64,000 nt of DNA. Origin: Octopus vulgaris. Its lineage: Eukaryota. How positions within the stretch are numbered: the stretch's first letter is position 1; each line of letters opens with the position of its first letter. The stretch lies in contig OX597819.1 of the NCBI GenBank assembly GCA_951406725.2, positions 95,728,001-95,792,000 of the forward strand, written 5' to 3'. A model generated the notes under the pieces. That model did no database searches, had not been told where the DNA came from, and saw only the letters and a list, made by a program, of their open reading frames with translations. Both the position numbers and the translations under genes were made by a program. Of this stretch, positions 39,741-54,409 are shown piece after piece.

Positions 39741-41015
39741 TTGGGTCATCCCATAAATAATGCAGATTTTTTACTTCTTTTATTTTCGAAAATTAAGATG
39801 AAGTTCTTTTTTAATCTAAAATATACTCTCCTTCATTTTCTACAATGCTCTTCCATTTATCTGGTAGACTCGCAAGGCCCCTCCTCCAAAATTCACTTGT
39901 CTGTGACGTAAAATACTTCTCCAATACAGTTCTGATCTCATCTACAGAATTAATATTTTTTTCCGTCCAAATGATTTTGAAGACTGCGGAATAAATGATA
40001 ATCAGATGGGGCAATATCTGGCAAATATGGTGGGTGGGGCATTGTTTCCCATTCAAATTGCTCCAGCTTTTGGAATATCATCCTCGCTTTATGTGGCTGA
40101 GCATTATCCTAATAGAAAAACACCTTTTGTCTTGAAACAAAAGATGGTCCTTTTTCTTCTAGCACTGACTTAAGCCACTCAAGTTGCTTGCAGTAGATCT
40201 CCTTTGTTATCATTTGGTTTGGGTTTAAAAGATCAAAGGTGACTAAACCTTTCATATTCCACTAAACAGATAACAACCCTTTACGTGGGTGAAGATCTTC
40301 TCTAGCCTGGGGTGCTGGTGTTTCTTCTTTCCCTACTCACTGTCTTCAGTGCTTTTTATAGAGAACCCATTTCTCATCACCAGTCACTATTCAATCCCAA
40401 AGAGGTTCATTTGTGAAACATGACAGTAAGGAAGAGCACACATTCACTCTCTGCATGCAAGCAGATTCAGAAATTTTGTGAGGAACCCATTGATCAAATT
40501 AGCTGACTTTTCTGATGGCACACCAGTGTCGATGAATGGTTGAATGACCAAATCCAAGCTTGTCTGTTCGTTCCTCAACAATTACAATGGGACTTTGTTC
40601 TACCAAGGTTTGCAGGATGTCCTCATTGAGCTGTACTGCTCTTCCAGGATGAGGCTCATCTTCTAGGCTGTAGTTTCTGGCCTGGAATTTCTGGAACCAC
40701 CATTAACACTGGCTTACTCTTATGTCCAATCCCCATATACTGCATTAATATTCCTCACACTTTCTGTTGTGCTGTCACCTTTATTGCACTCACAAAGCAA
40801 AATATGCCAAATATACTCCTTTGTCACTTCCATTATAGCTTTAAAAAATAGCTTTTAAAATCGAACAGCACTCTTCAAAACTTACACTAAGAATACGGAC
40901 AAGGTAAAATTGCTACCTGCCTATATAGCAAGTTGATGCAGGTAGTTTATCCCATTCCCCTCTGAATTTTAGTTTATGCAATTGAAAAATCCGCAGTATT
41001 TATGGGATGAGCCAA
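39741..41015 (-). mobile_element. Full-length decayed mariner (DD34D-type) transposon
   Basis: TIRs ttgggtcatcccataaataatgcaga / tccgcagtatttatgggatgagccaa with TA on both sides; 1275 bp. Minus-strand remnants WVPHKIS, VTGDEKWVLY, HPPYLPDIAPSDYHLF. Confidence 0.9.
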
Positions 41016-41092
41016 TATATTTGCATATGTGTATGTGTATATATATGTATAGATGTATATACATATGTGTGTGTGTGTGTGTGTGTGTATTT

Positions 41093-43675
41093 TTTATATC
41101 CTTGTATTGGATACTTAATATAACGAAGCGAGGAGTGAAGAAAGTCTATACATGATGGATTAGTATTACATGATACTTAATGCTCTATAACAAAGGCTCA
41201 TGGTGAACTGCTTACCAACACGAACTGCCAATTGCTCACAGTTCTTTGTTTTATAACAATGAGTCAGTCCACCTTTTAGTCACTAAAGGGTTGGTTGGAA
41301 TCCTCCCACATGCCCCCTTTTTAGAATCTTCTCCCCTTTTAGTATTGACTCCACTCAGAGTTTTAATATATTTCATGCTTAGGGTTCAATTCCAGTGTTT
41401 CTGTTCTTTTCTGTTTCTTGGTGCTAGAATGTGTAGTTTCAAATTGCTTAGGTGTTGGTACCTCAAATGTGTCATACAATACTTCCATAGGGATTTAACT
41501 TCTTATGACTGTATTTTCTGTGAGTCTTTTCTTAAGCTGGTTAATATGTCTTTGGTATTCAACATTTTTTCCTTTTACCAGGAATATCATTCTTCCAATT
41601 TGCTTAATTATTACACCATCCTCCCAGCTTTCTTTATCATATCTATAGGTTTAAAAAAAAAACTTTGTGAAATTAAATGGTGGTAAGATATTTTCTAAAC
41701 TGGATCTCTCTGACAGTAGAGTAAGCTAGAGGTAGTAGATAGCTTCCATTATCAAGGTGACCAAGTCAGTAGTGGAGGTGGATGCTGGGCAGAGTTCAGA
41801 TAGTACCTCTGCTGGCAACAAAGGACTGCTCCGTCAGAGTGCAAGGCAAATTGTATGATGCCTGTGTACGAACAGCTATGCTACACAGCAGTGAAACATG
41901 GGCTGTGACAGCCAAGGACATGTGTAGGCTTGAAAGAAATGAAGCTGGTATGCTTTGCTGGATGTAAAATGTCAGTGTGCATGTTTGACAGTGTAAACAT
42001 TTTGAAAAGTTGGGCATAAGAGGCATCAGATGTGGTGTGCAAGAGAGACAACTCTGCTGGTATGGTCATGTGATGTGTATGGACAAGGACAGCTGTGTAA
42101 AGAAGTGCTGATCTCAAACTGTGAAGGGAACCTGTGGTAGTGATAGACCCAGGAAGATATGGGACGAGGTAGTGAAGCATGATCTTCGTATTTTGAGTCA
42201 CACAGAAGCAATGATGAATGACCTTTAGCATTATGTTGTGCTTCAGAAGAAGACCCATCAAGCCAAGTAAAATTGCAGACATGACAGATACTGGCATCAG
42301 GCTAATGGCACTCATGCTGGTGGCACATAAAAGCACCCATTACACTCTCGGAGTGATTGGCTTTAGGAAGGGCATCCAGCCATAGAAACTATGCCAAATC
42401 AGACAGGAGTCTGGTACAGCCTCCCAGCTTGCCAGTTCAGGTCAGATCATCCAACCCATGCCATATGCTAAATGATGATGATATATAAATTTTCTTTGAG
42501 GCTCGTCTGTATTTTTTGTCCTACAATGTGACATTTTAAAGCATATTTTACCACACTTGTAACATTTTATATTTTTAAACAGATAGTTATTTTTAAAATG
42601 TAGACCACTGTACCCATAACATGGATTTGGTCTTGATATGTTTTTTGCCTATTTTCTTATTCATTACTGATTGATACACTTGAATCTAAACACAATCTTT
42701 CTCTTCAATTTTATTTACGCCATGTCATAGATTGATAATCCTCTGACATTCTTCTGCTACTGCCTGTACAGCTAAATTTTGGTTCTGTTCTAATTTTGTT
42801 AATATCTGGGAATGTGTATCTGCATCTTTGCTAGCAGTAAGCCCTTGAGCAAATATTAAAAACTTGAACATGTCAGGGTTCAATTTGAATTTCTCACACT
42901 CTCTGTTAACCACTCCAGCATAGGTGACAAAATCTTTATCTTTTTTGATGAAATTTAAACATTGCCAGCAAATATTAGACAGAGAGCTTCTTTCACTGAA
43001 AATGTTCGATAAAATATTTGTTTCATCGAAACAAATCTTATATGGCTTCTTTGGCAAAATATAATCACTTTATTTTCATGTTTGGCAAGGGATAACTTTC
43101 TTAAAAGTAATTGTAATTTTTTCTCATTGGACCTACTTTCACACTCATCTTTGAAGATTTCTTCATATCTATGAAATTATGCAAAGAAGAAAATACCTTC
43201 TTCTGGGTTGTATTTGAATTCTCCAATTGAGTTTGCTATGCTGTCTGGTGAGTATGGACCTGAAGTATTTCCAGACTTCTTCAACATTAATTCCAGTAAC
43301 TGTTGGTTTTGTTGTTGTTGCTGTTGTAGTTGTGACTGCTGCTGCTGCAGTTGCAACTGCACCATGGAGGCCAATAAGTCTTCCTTGTTAAAAACGACAT
43401 TTTCTTTGGTTTCATAGCAAAAAAAAATTTTAACATCCAATGCAAGCTTCAAACAACTTGTTGCCACTTTTATATCCTTGTATTGGATATATGACATAAT
43501 AAAGCAGGGGAGAAGAAAGTATATACATGATACATTACTATTTGCAGACTCAACACTCTATAACAAAGGATCACTTACAACATGAACTGTCAATCTCTCA
43601 CAATTCTTTGTTTTATAACAATGAGTCAGTCCACCGTTTAGTCTCTTGAGATGTGGTTGGAATCCTTCTATTACA
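41093..43675 (-). mobile_element. Internally deleted Ty3/Gypsy (Mag-like) LTR retrotransposon with a nested RTE fragment
   Basis: Diverged direct repeats (LTRs) at 41093-41310 and 43468-43675. PBS-like TGGCAACAAG next to the 5' LTR and purine tract AAAAAGGGGG before the 3' LTR. Gag remnants EFKYNPEEG, DFVTYAGVVNRECEKF, FKFLIFAQGL; integrase C-terminal remnants WEDGVII and RHINQLK. Confidence 0.82.
41770..42482 (+). mobile_element. RTE 3' fragment (ORF end + 3'UTR + tail) nested in the Gypsy element
   Basis: PLLATKDCSVRVQGKLYDACVRTAMLHSSETWAVT closely matches the young ORF; ends in atgatgatg. Confidence 0.9.
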
Positions 43676-43855
43676 ATGTATATATGCGTTGGTGTGTATA
43701 TCTATATGTATATATGTACGTGTGTATACATATGTGTATATATATGTATGTATATATATATATATATATGTATGTATATATGTATATATATACGTATGTA
43801 TATATATATGTATGTATATATCTTTGTATACATGTATGTATATATATGTATATAT

Positions 43856-44128
43856 GCCAGCCTCGCCTGGCCCTCGTGCCGGTGGCACATAAAAAGCACC
43901 ATCCGTTCGTGGCCGTTTGCCAGCTCTGTCTGGCACCAGTGCGGGTGGCACGTAAAAAGCACCCACTACACTCACGGAGTGGTTGGCGTTAGGAAGGGCA
44001 TCCAGCCGTAGAAACACTGCCAGATTTGACTGGGCCTGATGAAGCCTTCTGGCTTCACAGACCCCAGTAGAACCGTCCAACCCATGCTAGCATGGAAAAC
44101 GGACGCTAAACGATGATGATGATGATGA
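43856..44128 (+). mobile_element. RTE 3'-end copy within (TA)n-rich array
   Basis: Near-identical to the reverse complement of the 15101 copy. Confidence 0.9.
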
Positions 44129-45084
<956 letters not shown>

Positions 45085-45087
<3 letters not shown>

Positions 45088-45400
45088 TCATAATCATAAT
45101 CATAATTTAAAATCCGCTTTCTATGATGACATGAGTTTGACGATTTGACAGGAGCTGGCCAGGCAGAAGACTGCACCAGACTTCTATGTTTGTTTTGCCA
45201 TAGTTATTATGGCTGGGTGTCCTTCCTAACAACAATCACCCTGTAGAGTGGACTGAGTTCTTTTTACATGGCACCAGCACAGGCAAGAGCAATTTTGGTA
45301 TGGTTTTTACCACTGGATGCCCTTCCAAATGCCAACCACTTTACAGTGTGGACTAGCTTTTTATATGGCGCCAGCACTGGCAGTGTCACCAAGTAACTTG
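45085..45400 (-). mobile_element. Older RTE 3'-end copy
   Basis: (cat)n/(cataat)n tail, ggatgcccttccaaatgccaaccac. Confidence 0.75.
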
Positions 45401-45543
45401 CAGGATCTCTCTCTCTCTCTCTCTCGATATATATACCTCAGTAAGCTCATAAATGTGAAACAAGGTGGAAAAAAATAGTACTCAAATACCGAAGTTTAGA
45501 GTAATATGGAATATTAATAAAGCAGCAAATACATCACAAAAAC

Positions 45544-45580
45544 TCTTACTCAGAGTTTCACGTCCCCATTCGTCGAACAG
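45544..45580 (-). ncRNA. Degenerate hammerhead motif
   Basis: Minus strand ctgt-TCGACGA-atg(ggga)cgt-GAA-ACTC(T)GAGT-A-agag; core and stem I mutated. Confidence 0.4.
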
Positions 45581-47554
45581 TTTTGGTTGAGACTGGAACA
45601 AAAATAAGGTTATATTTATAAATATACAATTACATTGATAAATACACATTTGAAATTAGTTTTGTTTTATTGGTCCTTTTCAACTAATGATTTTAAATAA
45701 TATGATTTTTAACTTCAATTTTAAATAATATAATTTTAAATATAAATATACCATTCAACCCATACCAGCATGGACAACGGATGATAAATAATGATGATGG
45801 TAATGATGACGAGAGCAACAGAAGTCAGTATTAATACCAAAAGGTAAAATATTCTACCACTGACAAGGTAAAATGAGGCTGAAATCATATGATCTGGTAG
45901 TCCTGACAGTGAAAGTGGTGGTAATTGTCTACCACTGACAATATTTATGATGTGTTTTTATGTACCAAAAAACCATATGAAAGTTTCTCTCTCTTGGTAA
46001 ATATCGCAGTATTGTGTGTTCTAACACAACATTTACTTTTAAACAGTGAATATTTTACTTTTTATATATACACACATACAATGGGCTTCTTTCAGCCTCT
46101 GTGTACTAAATTCACTCACAATAGATGACACTTGTCCAAGGACTGACCCCGGAACCATGTGGTTGGGAAGCAAATTTCTTAACTATACAACTATGCCTCA
46201 CCTCCTGAATATCATGATGAATAGGATCAAAGAAGATTATGGGAAGAACAGCATGTTCAAACGTGCTGAGGTTGTTACAGTTGTAAAGGAACAAACAGCA
46301 GACTCACCTTTTTCCTTAAACAGACTATAGCTATTAAAACATCAGTTCTTTTAAACATGGTGCAATTATGGCTAAGCAGTTAAGAAATTTTGGGTTTGAT
46401 TTCACTGTATGGTACCTTGAGAAGGTTCTTCCATTATTGATTTGATTAAGTCCTAATACTGTAAAACTGGAATTTAGCAGGTGGTAACATTGCAGAAGCC
46501 CATCACATATGTGTGTCTTTTGTCATGGCATAATAGTAAACGATTCACTATTGGTGACAAAGTAATACACTTTAAAGTCTTTTGCAAGAATGAAACCATG
46601 GGAAAAAAGCCCTTTAAACTGAGTTATTCTCTTGATAATTTCATAATCAGAAATGCAGTGAACTTGTTATTGATCCCATAAAAGCCTGTAACCAATGGCA
46701 CAAGTGTTCACAAATTGCTGCATAAAATAAATTTTAAAATAAATAACACAGCTATTAAGTTACTTGTTAATATGGAGAAAGATATTTAAATTGAGTTTTA
46801 TTTTCATTTTTTTATAACCAGTTGATAAATCAATAACTACTTTATATCTCTTCTTAAATAAGTTAAGAGATGATATATATGTATCAAAAATAAAAAAAAA
46901 TTCTTAATGAATTGAAATTTTTCCTCTTAGCTGGTGGAAGAAAACAGAAGCTTATCAATAATTATTTGTAACTTTGAAAGAAAAGGGGAGATAATTTCAA
47001 GAAATTAAGAATTAATTTCACAAAATTAGTTTATGCGCTTTAGAGAAAATCTGATCTTTGTCAACAGTCAACAAGACAACTACATACATGCTTTGGTCTT
47101 AACTGGATCTTATCAGTAATGGCCTCTGTTCCCTTGAATTTGTTAGTTGCATACCACCTCCATCTCTGCTAAAGCCTGTGCTACAAGGGTTATTGCAACT
47201 TTTCGACTTAATTCCATTTTGGAATCCTTCCAAAGAAAATAGAAAAGTAAAAATGACCCAATTTCATTTCTGAGTTTATGTCCTCTGTTTCTTTAATTAC
47301 TCTTAGCTTTCATTTGAGCTGTCTCCCCTTAAATTATACCATCCATTTACCAATCTACTTAGCTCCTTTCACATGCTTTATCATATCACTTGACCACAGC
47401 TTCTTTATATCTATTTTGAATGCCCTTTCTTGGATATAAGCAAAAGTTTTCAATATAAAAATGTCCATACATATACTTGAAAATTGTTAAAATTAAATAT
47501 TTTAGTTAAAATCTAACAATATATTAACAATGTCAGCCTTGATCAAGTAGCAAT

Positions 47555-48031
47555 GACAAATGACTGAGACCTTTGACAATATGTTGTGTTTGGAAGACCC
47601 GTCAAGCCAAATGAAATCGTAGTCATAGATGATGCTGGTGTCACATAACTGGCACCTTTTGAGCACTGGGCTTAACAGAGGTAATGTGGCATATGAAAAG
47701 CTCCTTTCAAGTGTTGGGCCTCATGGATGCAATAGCGCATGACTGAGACCTTTGGCATTATGTTGTGCTTGAGAAGAAAACCCATCAAGCCAAGTAAAAT
47801 TACAGTCATGGCAGATACTGGTGTCACACAAATGGCATCCATGCCAGAGGCACATAAAAGCACTCATTACACTCTTGGTGTGGTTGTGTTAGGAAGGATA
47901 CCCAGCCATAGAAACCATACCAAATCAGGCTGGAGTCTGGTGCAGCCTTCCAGCTTGCGAGCCTGGTCAAACTATCCAACCCATACCAGCATGGACAATG
48001 GACATTAAATGATGATGATGAAGATGATGAT
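47555..48031 (+). mobile_element. RTE 3'UTR copy with internal duplication
   Basis: atgactgagacctttg...aagcc module near 47560 and 47739; tail at ~48010-31. Confidence 0.8.
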
Positions 48032-48039
48032 CACATTTA

Positions 48040-49320
48040 ATGAGAACAGAGAGATGGATATCTCTCAACTCCAAGGACATTGACATCTCTTCAAGTCAGT
48101 GCTAAATGCAGTTGGTGAACATACTGATTTGAGTGGAGACCAAAAACCAAGCAGCAGAATTTTTCTCAGGTCAGACATGGAATTGATGAGCTGGGTGTTG
48201 GAAGTAATCTAGTAGCAGCCACAGCATGCCTTGTTTGGCACTCAATAAGCCATTGATAATGTATCAGTGGTTTCACAAGCTTGATGGCAGATGGTCTGCC
48301 ATCCCCTTTGATTCACAGCAAGTGTTTCTAGATCTGTAGAAGGAATGTTATATTTTTGCTGAATGGCAGCAACTTGATCTTTGCATCTCTTCTGAAATTA
48401 AATGGATTGTTGGCCTTTTGTCAATTCTCCATAGAAAACAATACAGGAGAAATGGAAGTGGGGCATCCTGATAAGGTGACCAGTCCAGCAAAATTGATAC
48501 TTCACAATGAGAGATTCAAGACTGAAAGAATTGCAGCATTCCAAGATAGTTTGATGTGGAACCCTATCTTCTCATGAGATGCCTAGGATGTGTTGGAGAC
48601 ACCTGACATGAAAGGATTCAAGACTCTTCAGGTGCTTGCAGCAAACTATCTTGGTTTCTACACCATCTAAAAGAATGGATAAAACGAAAGTCTGATACAC
48701 AACAAATATTGTGGGAATGGTCAGATTCTTGTTGGATAAGACTTTGGTTCAAAAATAACCAAAATCTGCAGATGCCTTCTGTATTCAACATTAGGCCCCC
48801 CTCATCAATAGATGGTAGGTGAACTGTGACACAGTATTGAGTATTACTGTCAATATGGAGAGAGGGAACTTGAGGCAATGACTGAAGTGTGTTGATACAT
48901 TACTTTGGTTTTCTTGCTATTAACCTTCAGATCGAGTAATTGATAGACATTTGCTGTGATGCTCAAGACATGCTGCATCAACTCTTGATCATGAGTTGGC
49001 AGGTTGCAGGCATTGGCCTACTGGAGTTCAAAGGTCATGGCAATCTCACATGTTGATCGGGATATAAGTCACTGGAGATTAAAAACACTACAAACCAGAT
49101 GGTAGTTGATTATGATTCCATTGTCTGGATCAAGTTCACCCTGTGCAATGAGGGTAACAGCCATGACAAAGAGGTTGAAAAGAACTGGAGCAAGTACATA
49201 GCCTTGTTTCACACCAATGCTGACATGAAAACAGTCTGGTTCTCAACTGCTGATGACCACACGCACTTTCATGCCCTCATGTACTTTTACTGCAACTATC
49301 TTCACTAATTAGGCCACATA
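48040..49320 (-). mobile_element. Decayed RT fragment of a second RTE/BovB-like LINE family
   Basis: Minus strand GVKQGYVLAPVLFNLF (RT motif B') followed by a degenerate YADD region. Confidence 0.7.
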
Positions 49321-50341
49321 GATAACAAAAACTATCTGCTGCATCTAGCTAGCTATCTGGCCCCTAAAGTTATTCATGCACATCTGCTATCATATCTAAA
49401 ATCTTTGTTTTGTGTCAGTCTGTCACTCCACTTTTTGTGTTCATTTCTTGCATTGAAAATATAGTATTGGCTTACTGTATCTACTCTCTTCCCCGGATAT
49501 AAAGCAAGGCTGCTTCTCTGATGGAAATAGAATATTTTATTATTTTAAACTTTTTTTTTAATGATCTTTATGATTTTTTTTATTGATCATTATGGTTTTT
49601 TTACTTATGGCCTTTCTTCTAAGTTTAAAACATTCTGCAGCTCTGCAATATATTCTTTATTGAGAACCAAATAATAATTATATAAAGATTTCCAAAGACA
49701 TTCTGTTCTGAACACATGTTAATACCAATTGTTATGGTTTTCTGTATGATTTTTTTTTTGAAAATTATCAAAACCTATTTTCTTTGGTGGTAGTTTCAAT
49801 CATGAAATTATCTGGATACTAACTAATTAGCTCTACTTGCAAACAAAATGTCCATAATCTGGTGATTAGCTTTAATCTTGATTTGAATTCAAATTACTTT
49901 CTCTCTTAAATATTTAAGCTAGAATCAATGGAGCATGTTATGTACAGTATCTGCATAACATTATTTTATAAAATCCTTGTCCTTTACTTTATATTTTCCT
50001 ATGCTTGTATAGATTAGATGGATCTGAGGTACATCTGTTGATACTATCACATCTCAATTGTGAAGCTCAACATTTAGAGATCTACCCCTTCCCCACTTTT
50101 CTCATGATTTAGTCTGTATTTTCCATGTGTATCTTAAACAGTCAGTACACAGCACTTTTTTCATCCCTATCCATTTTCAAAATATGCCCATATTTAAACA
50201 ATTATCTTTACAATGTACATCTGCTGAAGTCTTTGATGCACAGTTACTTTTAACTATATATCTATATTGTAAGTTTCCTTAAGTGTTTTTAATTTTATTG
50301 GCTTTAATTTCTTTCTATTATATATGTGTATATATATATAT

Positions 50342-50968
50342 AAGACCCAGCATGCTTGAGAAGACCCAGCAAGCCAAGTGAGACCATAACCTCGTGGCCT
50401 ATGCCAGGGGTACAACCAGCCCACTTATGCATACCTTTCCTTCATTGGACACTAAACTCTGCTTGCAAAGACCTGTTGAGGCAAGTGAAATCAAAATCAA
50501 AATCAAATTTGATGACTGGCATCCATGCTAGTGGAGTTCTAAGAGCACCATCGGAGCGTGATCACTGCCAGAGCAGCAAACTGGCTTCTATGCTGGTAGC
50601 ACGTAAAAAGCACCATTTGAGCGTGATTGTTACCAGCATCGCCTTACTGGCACTTGTGCTGGTGGCACATGAAAAAACATTTGAGCGAGGTCATTGCCAA
50701 TGCCGCTGGACTGGCTCCTGTGTAGGTGGCATGTAAAAAACACCATTTGAGCATGGCCATTGGCAGTACTGCCCGACTGGCCCTTGTGCCAATGACACGT
50801 AAAAGCACCCACTACGCTCTTGGAGTGGTTGGCATTAGGAAGGGTATCCAGCTGTAGAAATTCTGCCAGATCAGATTGGAGCCTAGTGCAGCCATTTGGT
50901 TCGCCAACCCTCAGTCAAATCGTCCAACCCAAGCTAGCATGGAAAGCGGACGTTAAACGATGATGATG
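50342..50968 (+). mobile_element. RTE 3'UTR copy within (TA)n
   Basis: Near-complete 3'UTR with modular repeats and gatgatgatg tail. Confidence 0.9.
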
Positions 50969-53157
50969 AGATATATATATATATATATATATATTGCTTA
51001 GATGTTTACGTAAATAACCAACCACTCGCCACTTGTCATTTCCACTATGCAATCAAGAGTTTTTCAACTGATTTTATCACATGCTCCTCTGTGGTTTCTA
51101 AAAAAATTTGTGCCCCACCATGAAAACACAAAGTTAACACATACCATGTGTGTGTGTATATATATATATATACATATATTCAAAAGAAGTTTTAATTAAG
51201 ACCTTATTACAAGTTTTATTCCCTTGTTACTTACTTACTTACGCTCCATTCTGAAGAAACAATGCACCACCAAAATATTGCCATTCTCCACCTTAAAAAA
51301 CATTGACAGTCTTAGTGTTCCAATAACCAACTCTTGCATTGAACAACTGCTGTGTAACCTAACTCTATTGGTCCTTCCTTTTTTTCATGTTCCATTTTAA
51401 ACTAAATATTCAGCTATATGAGCAATGGCCTTTCTTTTTAGCTGCAGTGAAGGTACCCAGTTAAGAAAAGCAGTTTTCTGAAGTAACCTGTCAGAATAAA
51501 AAACAGCTAACCTAATTTCTGAGGTGCCTTACATCACAAGGGAAGCCATTTACAAGAATTATGACTTTGAAATAAAAACTGATTAGAAAGAACTCTTCAT
51601 CTGCTGGTTTATATCGGTGGCCTCTGCTCCTCTGAATTTGCTAGTTGCATACCACCTCCACCAAAGCCTACCTAATACACCCATCTTTCCTCCTCTTATC
51701 ACCTACTGTATTTCAATTTCTTGCCTTTACACTAACCACATTGCCAAATTCTTACTTCCTAGAATGTTAACTATCACATTCATTTCTTTACACATTTTCC
51801 TGCAAATATTCAAGAAGAAAATGAATTACAACTATCTCACAACTCTTGGAGGGCTTGTGTAGGTCATAGGTATTGCCCTAACTTCCACCTGACTAAGCCT
51901 TAAAGGAATATGCTAAATGCACCCCAGTCAACTTTGCTAATGATTAATTATAGGAAGGGGATCTGAATAAAAAAATTCAGTGTTTTTAGAAATTGGTAAA
52001 TAATAAAATAAATACTACATATTTAAATGTCACAATGTCATGATTATGACTACAGTAGAAATGTGAAAGAAAATAATGTAGAATTGTATAAATAACAAAT
52101 TTAAGTGATTTAGTAAAGTGTACAGGATTCAGGTCTTGAGTTCAAATCAAACATTTTAGTGCCCCCTGTGTTGGGCCATGCACTTTGTACTGTTTTCATA
52201 ACCTGAGATTTTTCTGGAGACAGGGTATTAAACTGAAGCCTAACCATTTTACATATAGGAAAGAGGCTAATTGAAGCTGTCTCTGTTGACTGCTAAGCAA
52301 GGTCCATATTTTATAGTGTGAGTTGCCTTCAGTCTTGCACACCTGGTCGTTGGTCTTCTTGAAACTCTTCCATCCTGGCCATTGGCTGTTGCTGCAGTTT
52401 CCCTGCTTGCCTGTTGGTGCAGTGTCAATACCATATCTCATGTGCATTAGCCAACTGAAGTGATGTACTGGGGTGTGGCACTTGAAGCCAACACATGAGG
52501 GATTTAGAAGGTGAGTGAGAGCCAGTGAAACCTGTCTACCCTACAAGGTAGGGAGCAGCATGCTAGATACCAAAGCTACTATCTCTACTCAGTCCCCTAC
52601 ACCTTTCAGGGCACAAAATTCTTTATACTTTTTTGCTAGGAATTGGAACCAGCTCTTCTGATAGTATTATACATGAAAGACTAATATCTCATCCAGAAAG
52701 TAATAATATCTTTGATCTACCATAAAATTAGAATGTACCATTGAGTGTTATGCATCTATCAGGGGATTGCAGGTTTTTGAATTTTAAAACTGAATCATAC
52801 CAAATATATTCCTCCATTTGAGATAGAAATGGAATTAAATTAGATAATCTTTTCTTGGGGGCACTCATTGTTACTGTGATTCTATTAAGTTTCTATTAAT
52901 TCTTCCTTGTTACTTCACATGGCCTTACATACATAAAGTAGTTTTTTTTTGGTAACAGGCAGTAGCACTCAAACTTTTATTATTGTTTAACCATATAGAG
53001 TTAATAGTTCTTGACACTTCAAATATGATACTCTTTTGGGAATAAACAACTAAACTGAAAGGTTGTATGCTCTCTAAGGATTCTTTATGTTTGAACAACG
53101 CTATTGAATACAAGCAATTATAATATCTCACAGTTGTTTCTGAATTATTGACATATG

Positions 53158-53220
<63 letters not shown>

Positions 53221-54199
53221 TTAACAAATTAATGGCAAAAGGAGTTACATAGTCACTTTCATCAGCTTACAGCTGTTTCTGCTAAGAGTAAACTTTCACT
53301 CAGAGCTAAGTTCCAATGCAACATCTTAATATCTTCTACTGACCTGATGGTTTACTGTAGACTGTAAGTGCTTTGAGTTATAACAGCTAGTCATTAGTAT
53401 TGCTATAGCTAAGCAGAATCACAAAATATAAATGTGTATGTGTATTTGTGTGTGCACGTGTGTGTGTGTTTGTATAAGAAAATCTGTTTTTTATATCATG
53501 TATATTCTTTGTGTTTAAATAAGCTGAAAAATATCAATAATGTTTTTTCTGAATATTGCTAATTTAGGTATTGTAGGATTAAATAGATTTCTTTTATATA
53601 GGTTTAGTCTGTAGAACCTAAATATTCAAGTAACACATTGTAGTTATTGTGAATTTACTGAAACTACTAAGGTTACTAAGAAAATGAATATATCATCATC
53701 ATTATCATTTAACGTCCGTTTTCTGCGCTAGCACGGGTATATATATATTAATATTAATGCAAGAAAAAAAATGTTTGTGCTACATTTCTGTTAATTCCCT
53801 AGAATTTTGTTAAAATTTGTATTTAGGCCATATAGAACAGAATCAGAATTGTAGATAAGCGGTTAGTGTTAACATATTTAAATACAGTGAGCATAACAAA
53901 TTTAATTAGAAATGATTGAAATGATTATGCACATAATTAATTATAGTTTTGATGTTTAGTGTGTTAAATATATTAACACTCACTTAATTATTGCTTTTTA
54001 TGTGAATAACATCTGAATATTTATCTGTGGTGATTTATTGTTTTAAATATGCTAAATTTTCATGCCTACTTATGTAAAAATAAAGGCGCATCAACTGGCT
54101 CAATGAAAGACTGTTATATGAATGTGCTGTGTGTGTGTTTATTGTGATTATAAAATCATCTTCTAGATTTGAAAGCGACTTTTAAATTTGTATTTTTAG

Positions 54200-54409
54200 G
54201 TGCACTGGAAACCTTCTATTGATGGGTCCAAAGTATCATTGACATATGTTAGTCCTTGTGGACAGAGTGGTTTTCCAGGTGAACTGACCATCACTGTGAC
54301 CTATGAACTTACTGATGACAACTGTCTCAAAGTTGACTATATGGCTACCACGACAAAAGCAACACCAATTAATCTCACCAACCATGCTTATTTCAATCTT
54401 GGTGGACAT
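54200..54409 (+). CDS. GALM: GALM internal coding exon, probably exon 3, with the catalytic His motif
   Basis: tttttAG acceptor at 54198-99, GTAAGT donor at 54410; 210 nt, phase 0/0. Translation VHWKPSIDGSKVSLTYVSPCGQSGFPGELTITVTYELTDDNCLKVDYMATTTKATPINLTNHAYFNLGGH; GFPG and TPINLTNHAYFNL are aldose 1-epimerase motifs. Confidence 0.96.

Noticed and set aside
38765-39749. Long ORFs (200-318 aa) rich in Y/I/H/T/V/C, and similar ones at 12-19, 26-27, 33-35 and 43-45 kb
   Set aside because: Translations of (TA)n/(TG)n/(CA)n microsatellites, which lack stop codons; no domain content.
43177-43497. Poly-Q host gene
   Set aside because: Lies just downstream of an LTR/PBS and continues into Gypsy gag motifs.
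53255-53400. Hammerhead half-site (minus strand GAAACAGCTGTA)
   Set aside because: No correctly placed CUGANGA upstream; the nearby CTGATGA leaves no room for stem I. At most a decayed relative.
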